From Candidatus Magasanikiibacteriota bacterium (lineage in GTDB: Bacteria; Patescibacteriota; Patescibacteriia; Magasanikbacterales; UBA922): a stretch of 52,802 nt of DNA. A model generated the notes under the pieces. It saw only the letters and a list, made by a program, of their open reading frames with translations, was not told the DNA's origin and searched no databases. Within the stretch, counting starts at the first letter, position 1; each line of letters opens with the position of its first letter. The stretch is taken from the NCBI GenBank assembly GCA_018661775.1, contig JABJHO010000051.1, forward strand, positions 1 to 52,802. Direction: 5' to 3'. Of this stretch, positions 10,323-19,531 are shown piece by piece. The position numbers and the translations under genes were made by a program.

Positions 10323-11465
10323 ATGAAAGTAGCGTTTTTTAGCCCATCAGCTGATAAAAAAAATGGTTGGGGGGCTGTTACATCAGAATTATGTGACGCA
10401 TATATAAAATTTTATAAAGATGTGGTTGATTTTGATTTATATTTGCCGAAAAGTGAAAAAAATAAAGAATATATAAAAAGACTAGGGTTTAATGGGAAAA
10501 TACACTTTACTTTACCAGAGTTTGCTTGGTCTTTTAGAAATCCGAAAAGATTATCAAGCTATTTAAGGGGTGGGGCTTTGACCTCTAAGCCAGATTTGAT
10601 TCATGTGTTAGATTTTCCGTATGCTTTTTCAGCTATGGTAAATTCAAAAAATAAAATACCATATATTATTACTTTGTGTGGTACATTCTATAAACCGTTT
10701 AAAAAAATTCCAGATAATTTTTTGTTTGGTAGAACATATAAAAATGCATCTAATATAAATGCAATAAGCGATTTTACACTTTCATCTGCTAAAAAAGAGT
10801 ATAAAATAAATGAAAATAAATTATCTATTGTGCATGCAGGTGTTAATTATGATAGATTTGCTGCACCTGTTGACTTTAATTTTTTAAAAAGTAAGTATGG
10901 TGATAATAAAAAAGCAATTGTTGGGGTGGGTGCGTTGAAAGGTAGAAAGGGTTTTGATATTGTTATCCGTGCCATGAAAGAGGTTTGTCTTGAGGTTCCT
11001 GATGCAATATATGTAATTATTGGTTCTGGAACTGATAAAAATTCATTAAAAAGTGTTGTAAAAGATTTAAAATTAGAAAATAATGTGTTTTTTGCGGGTC
11101 GTGTAAGTGATGATCAGTTACCAGCTTATTTTCACTTTGCAGATGTGTATTGCCACACACCTAGGTATACAGAAGGTGCCTTTGAAGGTTTTGGGATAGT
11201 TTATCTAGAGGCAGGTGCTGCTGGCAAACCTGTTGTAGGAAGTAGGTCGGGTGGAGTGCCTGATGCCATAATTGATGGAAAGACAGGTATTTTAGTGGAT
11301 GAGAATGATGTTGGCGGTACTGCAAAAGCTTTGATAAAAATCTTTAAAGATAATGAATTAGCAAAAAAAATGGGAGAAAATGGTAAAAAATATGCAGAAG
11401 AGCATAAATGGAAGAGTATTGCTAAAAAATATATAGAGCTATATGGCACTTTTGTGGTTAAGTAG
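10323..11465 (+). CDS. GT4-family glycosyltransferase
   Basis: 'EGFGIVYLEAGAAGKPVVGSRSGGVPDAIIDGKTGILV' is the classic GT4 nucleotide-sugar binding region. Confidence 0.8.
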   Translation: MKVAFFSPSADKKNGWGAVTSELCDAYIKFYKDVVDFDLYLPKSEKNKEYIKRLGFNGKIHFTLPEFAWSFRNPKRLSSYLRGGALTSKPDLIHVLDFPYAFSAMVNSKNKIPYIITLCGTFYKPFKKIPDNFLFGRTYKNASNINAISDFTLSSAKKEYKINENKLSIVHAGVNYDRFAAPVDFNFLKSKYGDNKKAIVGVGALKGRKGFDIVIRAMKEVCLEVPDAIYVIIGSGTDKNSLKSVVKDLKLENNVFFAGRVSDDQLPAYFHFADVYCHTPRYTEGAFEGFGIVYLEAGAAGKPVVGSRSGGVPDAIIDGKTGILVDENDVGGTAKALIKIFKDNELAKKMGENGKKYAEEHKWKSIAKKYIELYGTFVVK

Positions 11466-11547
11466 TGGCTACAGAACCTCTTTTTAGGTTTGCATTTTTA
11501 TGTATACATTGCTAATATAAAAGTCATTAAATATATTGATAAAATTT

Positions 11548-12549
11548 ATGTCATTTGATTTTCTAAGAGGTAAGGTGGTTTTAATTACAGGTGGGACTGG
11601 ATCTTTCGGTCAACAATTTGTAAAGACATTGCTTGAAAAAACTGAAGCTAAAAAAATTATTATATTTAGTAGGGATGAATTAAAGCAATCACAGATGATG
11701 GCTACTTTTGCAGACCCGTATGAAAAATTGCGTTTTTTTATTGGAGATATACGTGATTTAGATAGACTACAAAGAGCTTTTAAGGGGGTTGATTATGTTA
11801 TTCACGCAGCAGCTCTTAAGCAGGTTCCTGCACTAGAGTATAACCCTTTAGAGGCGGTTAAGACAAATATATTAGGTACGCAAAATATTATAAATGCTTC
11901 ATTAGATCTGGGTGTAAAAAAAGTACTATTAGTTTCTACTGACAAAGCAGCAAACCCTGCTAATTTGTATGGTGCGACTAAATTATGCGCTGAAAAGCTT
12001 ATAATAAGTAGTAATGTTTATTCGGGTTTTGATTCTGTAAAGTTTAGCGCTGTTAGGTACGGTAATGTTCTAGGTAGTCGTGGTAGTTTACTTCAGGTGA
12101 TTGAAAGGCAACGTGAGAAAGGTGTGATAACCTTAACACATGAAGATATGACTAGGTTTTGGATAACTCTTGATCAAGGTGTGAAACTAGTTTTGAATTC
12201 ATTAGAAAAAATGGTTGGTGGTGAAATTTTTATACCAAAGATATCTAACATGAAAGTAAAAGATTTTATAGAGCATGTTGCACCAGAATGTAGGTTAGAT
12301 GTAGTTGGTATTAGACCAGGAGAAAAGTTGCATGAGATTTTAATTACACCAGAAGAAGGAAGACACACTTTGGAATTTGATGATATTTTTGTAATTTTAC
12401 CAGAATATGATTGGTGGAATCATGACACTCATACTTCTGTTCATTATGGTGACGGAGAGTGTGTTGGTGATGATTACTGCCTTTCAAGTCAAAATGATTC
12501 TAATTGTCTTAGTAAAGAAGGGTTGGATGATCTATTAAGTAAAATATGA
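11548..12549 (+). CDS. pseB: UDP-GlcNAc 4,6-dehydratase (inverting), PseB/FlaA1/CapD type
   Basis: 'KVVLITGGTGSFGQQFVKTLL...IIIFSRDELKQ', 'DKAANPANLYGATKLCAEK' (YxxxK). The track ORF starts at TTG 11536; the ATG at 11548 is preferred. Confidence 0.85.
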   Translation: MSFDFLRGKVVLITGGTGSFGQQFVKTLLEKTEAKKIIIFSRDELKQSQMMATFADPYEKLRFFIGDIRDLDRLQRAFKGVDYVIHAAALKQVPALEYNPLEAVKTNILGTQNIINASLDLGVKKVLLVSTDKAANPANLYGATKLCAEKLIISSNVYSGFDSVKFSAVRYGNVLGSRGSLLQVIERQREKGVITLTHEDMTRFWITLDQGVKLVLNSLEKMVGGEIFIPKISNMKVKDFIEHVAPECRLDVVGIRPGEKLHEILITPEEGRHTLEFDDIFVILPEYDWWNHDTHTSVHYGDGECVGDDYCLSSQNDSNCLSKEGLDDLLSKI

Positions 12550-13670
12550 TACCTTACGGGCGCCAATCAATTAATCAAGATGATATAGACTCTGTTGTTG
12601 AGGTGTTAAGGTCTGATTATCTTACACAAGGTAAAAAAGTGTCTGAGTTTGAAGAAAATTTGGCTAGATATTGTGGTTCAAAATATGCTGTTGCTGTGTC
12701 TAATGGTACTGCTGCTCTACATACTGCTTTTAATGTTATTGGTTTAAAAGAAGGTGATGAATTTATTACTTCACCCCTTACTTTTGTAGCTACATCTAAT
12801 GCTGGTTTTTGGCAGGGTGCAAAACCAGTTTTTGTGGATATAGATCTTGATACTGGGAATATTGATGTGGATAAAATTGAAGAAAATATTACAAGTAAAA
12901 CAAAAGCTATTGTGCCTGTAGATTATACAGGAAGACCTGTGGATTTAGATAGAATTAGAGAGATAGCAAATAAACATAATTTAAGTGTAATAGAAGATGC
13001 GTGTCAGGCACTAGGTGCAGCATACAAAGGTAGTAAAATAGGTTCTATTAGTGACTTAACTGTGTTTAGTTTTCACCCTGTAAAAAATATTACAACAGGT
13101 GAAGGTGGGGCTATTTTAACTAATAGTGTGGAATACTATAAAAAAATGAAGAGGTTTATTACTCATGGAATTACAAAAGAAGGTCTAGATGAAAAACTTG
13201 GTCCTTGGTATTTTGACATGGTTGATTTGGGTGTTAATTACAGGTTAACAGATATGTCCTGTGCTCTTGGTGTCAGTCAGCTTAAAAGATTAGACTCTTT
13301 TGTGGAGAAAAGGTTTGAAATTGCAAAAAGATATAACAAGGCGTTTAAAGATTTTGGAAATATAATTACACCAAAATTAGACACTGATGATATACAATCT
13401 GCTTGGCATTTATATGTAATTAGATTAAAAAAGGGTGTTTCAGAAAAAAGATTAGAAATTTTCAAAAAATTAAGGGAGTCTGGTGTAGGTGTTCATGTGC
13501 ATCACATACCTGTGCACATGCATAATTACTATAAAAATTTGGGGTATAGTTCTGTTGGTTTAGAGAATGCTGAAGATTTTTATAATTCTATTATTTCATT
13601 GCCTTTATATCCAGATTTAAGCCTGGAAGATCAGGATTTTGTGATAGATTCTATAAAAAATATTATATGA
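12546..13670 (+). CDS. pseC: DegT/DnrJ/EryC1 aminotransferase, PseC type
   Basis: 'IPYGRQSINQDDIDSVVEVLRSDYLTQGKKVSEFEENLA' and 'SFHPVKNITTGEGGAI' (PLP lysine). ATGA overlap with pseB. Confidence 0.85.
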   Translation: MIPYGRQSINQDDIDSVVEVLRSDYLTQGKKVSEFEENLARYCGSKYAVAVSNGTAALHTAFNVIGLKEGDEFITSPLTFVATSNAGFWQGAKPVFVDIDLDTGNIDVDKIEENITSKTKAIVPVDYTGRPVDLDRIREIANKHNLSVIEDACQALGAAYKGSKIGSISDLTVFSFHPVKNITTGEGGAILTNSVEYYKKMKRFITHGITKEGLDEKLGPWYFDMVDLGVNYRLTDMSCALGVSQLKRLDSFVEKRFEIAKRYNKAFKDFGNIITPKLDTDDIQSAWHLYVIRLKKGVSEKRLEIFKKLRESGVGVHVHHIPVHMHNYYKNLGYSSVGLENAEDFYNSIISLPLYPDLSLEDQDFVIDSIKNII

Positions 13671-14203
13671 ATTTAATTAAAAAGAAAGATTTAATTGAGG
13701 GTAATAATTTATTTTTATCAGTCTTACTTGAGGAACATGCTACAGATAGATATGCAGGGTGGCTTAATGATAGTTATGTAAATAACTACCTAGAAACAAG
13801 AGAAGTTTCAAAAACAGATTTAGTGAATTATATAAATGAAAAATTTTTAAGCGACAACTCTTTATTTTTTGGTATTTTTTTTAAGGAAAATAGTAAACAT
13901 ATTGGGAATATAAAATTAGAACCAATTGATTTTGATAAAGAACAGGCAACATTAGGAATTATTATAGGTGAAAAAGAGTATTGGGGAAGAGGTCTTGCGA
14001 CAGAGGCAACAAACTTGCTTGTTGATTACGCTTTCAGTGTGTTGGGTCTAAAAGAAGTTCGGCTAGGTGTTGTTTCTGAAAATAAAGCTGCAATAAAAGT
14101 TTATGCAAAGTGTGGATTTAAGGTTTTTGAGATAAAGGAAAAAGCGATTGATCATAATGGAGAAAAATTTGATCAAGTGTTTATGCGTAAATTAAATTAT
14201 TAA
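13667..14203 (+). CDS. GNAT N-acetyltransferase (PseH candidate)
   Basis: 178 aa. 'IGEKEYWGRGLATEATNLLVDYAF' is a GNAT acetyl-CoA motif. It sits directly after pseC with an ATGA overlap. Confidence 0.55.
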   Translation: MNLIKKKDLIEGNNLFLSVLLEEHATDRYAGWLNDSYVNNYLETREVSKTDLVNYINEKFLSDNSLFFGIFFKENSKHIGNIKLEPIDFDKEQATLGIIIGEKEYWGRGLATEATNLLVDYAFSVLGLKEVRLGVVSENKAAIKVYAKCGFKVFEIKEKAIDHNGEKFDQVFMRKLNY

Positions 14204-14212
14204 CTTTGAAAT

Positions 14213-15376
14213 ATGTCTGAAAGAATTATTAGTAACCCAAAAGATCTTGTTAGGTGTGCTAAATGTGTTATGCCAGAGACACAGGAGTCAATTATGTTTA
14301 ATGGTGACGGTGTGTGTAACATTTGTAGAAATGTTGAATTTAAAGATGATAAGATTGACTGGGTGGCTAAAAAAAATGAATTTTTGGATTTAATTAGTAA
14401 ATACAAAGGTAAGTATGAGTATGATTGCATAGTTCCTTTTTCAGGGGGTAAAGATAGTACATATACTTTGTATTCTTTGGTTGTGGATTACGGTCTGAAG
14501 CCATTAGTCGTTTCTTATGATCATCATATGTACAGACCTCAGACTGTAAAAAATAGAGAAAAAACTTTAAAAAAATTAGGTGTAGATTTTGTATCTTATA
14601 GAACAAATTGGCATTTGGTAAAAGATTTAATGAGAGTAGGTTTAGAAAGGAAAGGTAATATATATTGGTATGAAGAGACTGGTATTTTTGCATATCCTAT
14701 GCATATGGCGATTAAATTTAATGTGCCGTTTGTAATTTGGGGGGAACCTTCAGCAGAGTATTCTGCATATTATGATTATGATGATAGTGAAGAGGTTGAT
14801 GAGACAAGGTTTAATATGTTTGTAAATATGGGCATAACAGCCCAGGATATGGTTGGTTTTTTAGACAATAAAGATTTTACATTAAATGACTTGAAATTTC
14901 ATATTTATCCAGATAGAGGTGATTTAAAAAAAATAGGATGTAGGTCTGTGTGTCTTGGTAGTTATCAGCCATGGGATGTAAAAAGACAGGTAGAAGTAAT
15001 TAAAAAAGAAATTGGCTGGGAAGGTGATCATGTTGAGGGTGTATCTCCAGAATATAATTACGAGAAAGTGGAAGATATGTTACAGGGTGTGCAGGATTAT
15101 TTAAAATATATAAAGCGTGGCTATGGTAGAATGAGTCATTTGTTGTCAATTGATATTCGTAATGGTAGATTAACAAGAGAAAAAGCTCTTGAGATGTTGG
15201 ATAAATGGGAGGGGTTGCGCCCTGCAAGCCTAGATGTCTTGTTAGGTTGGCTAGGTATTGATGAGGAAAAGTTTTATGAAATTACAAAACGCCATACTGT
15301 TAAACCTTGGTCTCATAATCCAGAAAATACTAAAAAAGGTGAACCGCTTCCTGATATGAAATATTGGGTAAAATAA
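14213..15376 (+). CDS. N-acetyl sugar amidotransferase (PP-loop; WbuX/WbpG/PseA-like)
   Basis: N-terminal Zn-ribbon 'CAKCVMPETQ...GVCNICRN' followed by the PP-loop 'PFSGGKDSTYTLY'. Confidence 0.8.
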   Translation: MSERIISNPKDLVRCAKCVMPETQESIMFNGDGVCNICRNVEFKDDKIDWVAKKNEFLDLISKYKGKYEYDCIVPFSGGKDSTYTLYSLVVDYGLKPLVVSYDHHMYRPQTVKNREKTLKKLGVDFVSYRTNWHLVKDLMRVGLERKGNIYWYEETGIFAYPMHMAIKFNVPFVIWGEPSAEYSAYYDYDDSEEVDETRFNMFVNMGITAQDMVGFLDNKDFTLNDLKFHIYPDRGDLKKIGCRSVCLGSYQPWDVKRQVEVIKKEIGWEGDHVEGVSPEYNYEKVEDMLQGVQDYLKYIKRGYGRMSHLLSIDIRNGRLTREKALEMLDKWEGLRPASLDVLLGWLGIDEEKFYEITKRHTVKPWSHNPENTKKGEPLPDMKYWVK

Positions 15377-15383
15377 TAAAAAT

Positions 15384-15995
15384 ATGATTGTGGTAGTTGA
15401 TTATGGTATGGGGAATTTACACTCTATTGCCAAAGCATTGGAGTGTGTGGGGGGTAATGTTTTGGTTAGTAGTAAAGGTGAGGATATTAAAAAAGCTGAT
15501 AAAATAGTCTTGCCTGGTGTTGGTGCGTTTAGAGATGGAGTTGCCAATTTAAAAAAAAGAGGATTAGATAAAATACTTATTAGTGAGGTTGAAAAGAAAA
15601 AGCCGTTACTTGGAATTTGTTTGGGAATGCAGCTTTTAGCTAATAAAAGCTATGAATTTGGAGAATATGAAGGTCTTAGTTTAATAGATTCAGAAGTAAA
15701 GAAATTTAATGAAAGTATCCAATTAAGGGTCCCTCACATGGGATGGAATAATATCGAAATATTAAAGGATCACGTTTTATTAAAGGGAGTAAAAAATAAT
15801 TCTGATTTTTATTTTGTTCATAGTTATTTTATGGAATGTAAAAATAATGAAGATGTTTTTGCTGAATGTAGTTATGGTAGTAACTTTCCAGTGATTGTGG
15901 CTAAAGACAATATATTTATTACACAATTTCACCCAGAAAAGAGTCAAAAAAATGGTTTAAAAATATTAAAAAATTTTGCTGGTTGGAATATGTAA
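15384..15995 (+). CDS. HisH-like glutamine amidotransferase subunit (WbuY-like)
   Basis: 'VVVDYGMGNLHSIAKAL', catalytic Cys in 'LLGICLGMQLL', and 'FVHSY...QFHPEKS'. Confidence 0.85.
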   Translation: MIVVVDYGMGNLHSIAKALECVGGNVLVSSKGEDIKKADKIVLPGVGAFRDGVANLKKRGLDKILISEVEKKKPLLGICLGMQLLANKSYEFGEYEGLSLIDSEVKKFNESIQLRVPHMGWNNIEILKDHVLLKGVKNNSDFYFVHSYFMECKNNEDVFAECSYGSNFPVIVAKDNIFITQFHPEKSQKNGLKILKNFAGWNM

Positions 15996-15999
15996 ACAT

Positions 16000-16758
16000 A
16001 TGCTTAAAAACAGAGTTATACCAATTCTTTTGCTAAAAGATGGTAGAGCGATAAAAACAATTCAATTTGATAAGTATAGAGATGTTGGTGATCCTGTAAC
16101 AACAGCCAGAATATATAATGCGCAACGAGCTGATGAACTTATGTTTTTGGATATATCTGCAAGCAGCGAAGGAAGGAAGACATTGTGTAATATAGTAAGG
16201 GAGGTTGCTGAGGAATGTTTTATGCCTTTATTGGTTGGTGGAGGTGTTTCAAGTATTGATGATATCAGGTTGCTTTTATGTCAAGGGGCTGATAAAGTAA
16301 TTATAAATACGGCCGCGTATGAAATACCTGGATTTATAAAAAGAGCATCTGAAAAATTTGGATCTTCTACCATTGTTGCTTCAATAGATGTTAGAAAAAA
16401 TAAAGAAAAAATGTACGAGGTTTATGTTCGTAGTGGTAATTACTCAACTGGATTGAATCCTGTTGAGTGGGCAAGGTCCTTGGTAAATGAAGGCGCTGGG
16501 GAAATAGTGATAACTTTAATTGATAGAGAGGGGGTTATGAAAGGCTTAGATATAGATCTTATAAAATCAATTACTGAATCTGTAAATGTTCCGGTAATTG
16601 CTTCGGGTGGTGTTGGTAGTTTAAAAGATTATCAACTAGGTTTTGAGGATGGTGGAGCTCAGGCAGTGGCAGCAGGTAGTATATTTCATTTTACAGACCA
16701 AAATCCAATTATGACACGAAATTATCTTTATAATAATAAGGTTAACATAAGACCATAA
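16000..16758 (+). CDS. HisF-like cyclase/synthase subunit (WbuZ-like)
   Basis: 'RVIPILLLKDGRAIKTIQF...GDPVTTARIYNAQRADELMFLDISAS' and 'VIASGGVGS'. The track starts at TTG 15976; the ATG at 16000, just after the hisH-like stop, is preferred. Confidence 0.85.
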   Translation: MLKNRVIPILLLKDGRAIKTIQFDKYRDVGDPVTTARIYNAQRADELMFLDISASSEGRKTLCNIVREVAEECFMPLLVGGGVSSIDDIRLLLCQGADKVIINTAAYEIPGFIKRASEKFGSSTIVASIDVRKNKEKMYEVYVRSGNYSTGLNPVEWARSLVNEGAGEIVITLIDREGVMKGLDIDLIKSITESVNVPVIASGGVGSLKDYQLGFEDGGAQAVAAGSIFHFTDQNPIMTRNYLYNNKVNIRP

Positions 16759-16769
16759 AAATAAAAAAT

Positions 16770-17849
16770 ATGAATACATTTACAATAAAAACACCAAAAG
16801 GAGAAAGAAAAATCGGTCCAGGGGAGCCGTGTTTTATTATTGCAGAAGTTTCTGCCAACCATAATCAGAAATTTGAGAAGGCCGTTGAGATTATAAAAAA
16901 AACAGCAGAGGCTGGTGCAGATGCAGTAAAGTTTCAAACATACACACCGGATACACTTACTATTGATTGTGATAAGCCGGCCTTTGTTTTTGAGGGAGAT
17001 GAGAATCCTTGGAAAGGGCAAAAGCTTTATGATTTGTACAAGACCGCTTATACACCTTGGGATTGGCTGCCAAAGCTTAAAGAAGAAGCAGAAAAAGTTG
17101 GGTTAGTATTTTTTTCTACAGATTACGACATAACTGCTGTCGATTTTATGGAAGAAATGGGTGTTGAATTACACAAAATTGGTTCTTACGAGGTTACACA
17201 TATACCATTATTAAAACGGGTTGCTGAGACAGGAAAGCCAGTAGTCCTATCAATCGGTTATGCATCTTTAGAAGAGGCAACTTTAGCTATATATACTCTA
17301 AAAGAAAATGGGACGAAAGATTTGGTAGTTATGCATTGTACTACAACATATACAGAGAATCCTGAGATGGATACGATGAATTTACATAATATCCAAGATA
17401 TATCAAAACGTTTTGACGTTATTTCTGGATTTTCTGAAAATGCTGGTGGGGTTGATAGTACTGTGCAGGCCGTATTGGCTGGAGCACGAGTAATAGAAAA
17501 GCATGTTATAGATACAAAAGAAGAGTCAAGTCCTGATTCAAAATTTTCAATTGATACAAATGAGCTTGCTGAGTTAGTTAAAAAAGTTAGAGAAGCAGAA
17601 GTGTCACTTGGAAAAGTAAACTATGGGCCAGCGAATGAAAAGGAAGTGTATAACATGAAGCATATGAGGAAATCTCTATTTATTGTTGAAGATGTGAGAG
17701 CAGGAGATGTTTTTACAAAAGAGAATCTTCGGGTTATCCGTCCCGGTATTGGTCTTTCTCCAAAACATATGGATGAAATTTTGGGAAAAAAAGCTTCTAG
17801 TGATGTTGAAAGGGGAGAGGCGATGACTTGGGATTTTGTTAAGAGATAG
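16770..17849 (+). CDS. pseI: NeuB-family nonulosonate synthase, PseI type, with SAF domain
   Basis: 'CFIIAEVSANHNQKFEKAVEIIKKTAEAGADAVKFQTYTPDTLT', plus a C-terminal SAF-like segment 'GDVFTKENLRVIRPGIGL'. Confidence 0.8.
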   Translation: MNTFTIKTPKGERKIGPGEPCFIIAEVSANHNQKFEKAVEIIKKTAEAGADAVKFQTYTPDTLTIDCDKPAFVFEGDENPWKGQKLYDLYKTAYTPWDWLPKLKEEAEKVGLVFFSTDYDITAVDFMEEMGVELHKIGSYEVTHIPLLKRVAETGKPVVLSIGYASLEEATLAIYTLKENGTKDLVVMHCTTTYTENPEMDTMNLHNIQDISKRFDVISGFSENAGGVDSTVQAVLAGARVIEKHVIDTKEESSPDSKFSIDTNELAELVKKVREAEVSLGKVNYGPANEKEVYNMKHMRKSLFIVEDVRAGDVFTKENLRVIRPGIGLSPKHMDEILGKKASSDVERGEAMTWDFVKR

Positions 17850-18125
17850 GTTGATTTACTTGTGTTGAAGCGATGTTTATGATGAAGGTTTTATCAATTC
17901 TGAAAGATCATTAAGCACTTCAGAAAATGATTTTATACAAATTAAACCAAAAGAACATACTTTTTTTATTACCTTTGAAGAAGAGGGGTCACCATTAGAT
18001 ATAAAAAATATAGAAATAAGGAATGCTTTTTCTGATGAGAAAATTTTACATACTACTAGAAGTCTTGATTATTCAGCAAGCCTTTGATGTCTGAAAGATT
18101 GAAAATATTTTAATTATTTTTTATT

Positions 18126-18884
18126 ATGATTAAGTACGGATTAAAATTGTGGTCAAATAATACAACCTGGTTTGAAGAAGCTGTGTCTTTGTATAAGAAG
18201 GGTGCTTATGATTTTATAGAGATCTATAGTAACAGTACAATTCCACACGATTACGCTGCCTTAGAAAAGATTAGACATCTACCTGTGTTCGGTACTCATA
18301 TTGGTCATTTAGATAAGGCAGGGTTTCATAAGTTTTTTTTGACTGACGATCAGTTTGAAGCTTGGAAGATGACTACTGACATCGCAGATTTTTTTGATGT
18401 AAAGCATATTATTGTTCATCCGGCCATTACCCATACAGCGGAAACATTTTGGGAAAATTTGGCTAAACTAAATGACGAGAGAATTTTGGTGGAAAATATG
18501 CCTGTGAATAGTCCATTTGGCGATCCAGATAGGGAATTTGGAACTAAGCTTGAAGACATTGGACATATTCGAGAAAAAAAAGAGATGTGCCTTGATGTAG
18601 AAAAAGCAGTGAAAGCATCTATTTATCATAAAGTACCTTATAAAGAATTTTTGAAAAAAGCAGTAGAAATTATGAAACCAAGCTACGTTCATATTTCTGG
18701 TGGGAATATTACAGACCCAATTGATCAGCATACAGATTTATGGGAAGCAGAATTTGATGTTGCTTGGGTTAGAGATTTACTTGAAAATCAAGAACAAGAT
18801 ATTTACCTTGTTTTTGAAACACCAAAGAACGGACAAGATTTGCAGAATGATTTAAAAAATATGGAGTATTTTAAAACTGTATGA
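18126..18884 (+). CDS. Xylose-isomerase-like TIM-barrel protein (sugar-phosphate isomerase/epimerase family?)
   Basis: 252 aa. The spaced motifs 'HIIVHPA', 'LVENMP', 'CLDVEKA' and 'YVHISGG' resemble the AP_endonuc_2/TIM-barrel family. Weak assignment. Confidence 0.4.
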   Translation: MIKYGLKLWSNNTTWFEEAVSLYKKGAYDFIEIYSNSTIPHDYAALEKIRHLPVFGTHIGHLDKAGFHKFFLTDDQFEAWKMTTDIADFFDVKHIIVHPAITHTAETFWENLAKLNDERILVENMPVNSPFGDPDREFGTKLEDIGHIREKKEMCLDVEKAVKASIYHKVPYKEFLKKAVEIMKPSYVHISGGNITDPIDQHTDLWEAEFDVAWVRDLLENQEQDIYLVFETPKNGQDLQNDLKNMEYFKTV

Positions 18885-19528
18885 TTATTACACTTTTGAT
18901 GGATAATCCTAAAAGTTGGTTTTATCCATTTGCTGAAAATTTAAAGGAAAAATTAGGTGGACTAGGTCACGAAGTTGAACTCGTTCATACTACAGACGAC
19001 ATAAAAGATGGAGAGCTAGCGTTTTTTTTGAGTTGTGAGAAAATTATAAAGCAACCAATTAGAGATAAAAATAAGCACAATCTTGTTGTACACTCTAGCC
19101 CCCTGCCTGCTGGGAAAGGTTGGTCTCCGATGACATGGACAATACTAGCTGGAGAAAATGTTATAACAAGTACGCTATTTGAAGCAGTAGACGCCGTGGA
19201 TGCTGGAGTTATATACATACAAAATTCAATTACCTTTGAGGGTGGTGAATTACTTCCAGAATTACATGCTGCCCAGGGGCAAGCAATTGTAGATATTATT
19301 ATAGAATTCTTATCAGCTTATCCTGAGGTGATAGAACGAGGAGAAGAACAAGTTAGCGAAGAAAGTTTTTATGAAAGACGACGTCCAGAGGACAGTAAAT
19401 TAGACCTAAATAAAACAATTGCTGATCAGTTTAATCTATTGCGAGTTGTAGATAATGAAAAATATCCAGCATTTTTTAATTATAAAGGTAGTAAATATAT
19501 TTTGAAAATCTATAAAGATAACAATTGA
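18881..19528 (+). CDS. Formyltransferase-family protein (Fmt N-domain-like)
   Basis: 'NLVVHSSPLPAGKGWSPMTWTILAGE...VDAVDAGVIY' parallels the 'HxSLLPxxRG...D.G' core of formyltransferases, with Lys in place of Arg. ATGA overlap with the upstream gene. Confidence 0.5.
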   Translation: MIITLLMDNPKSWFYPFAENLKEKLGGLGHEVELVHTTDDIKDGELAFFLSCEKIIKQPIRDKNKHNLVVHSSPLPAGKGWSPMTWTILAGENVITSTLFEAVDAVDAGVIYIQNSITFEGGELLPELHAAQGQAIVDIIIEFLSAYPEVIERGEEQVSEESFYERRRPEDSKLDLNKTIADQFNLLRVVDNEKYPAFFNYKGSKYILKIYKDNN

Positions 19529-19531
19529 GTT

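Noticed and set aside
11509-11537. Promoter-like hexamer pairs upstream of pseB (TTGCTA-17-TATATT), of the second CotH gene (27058-27084, TTGACC-15-TATAAT) and of the first gene (114-143, TTGTTA-18-TATAAT).
   Set aside because: Such matches are frequent by chance in DNA with ~30% GC, and some have non-optimal spacers. I did not list them as features, unlike the exact TTGACA-17 nt cases.
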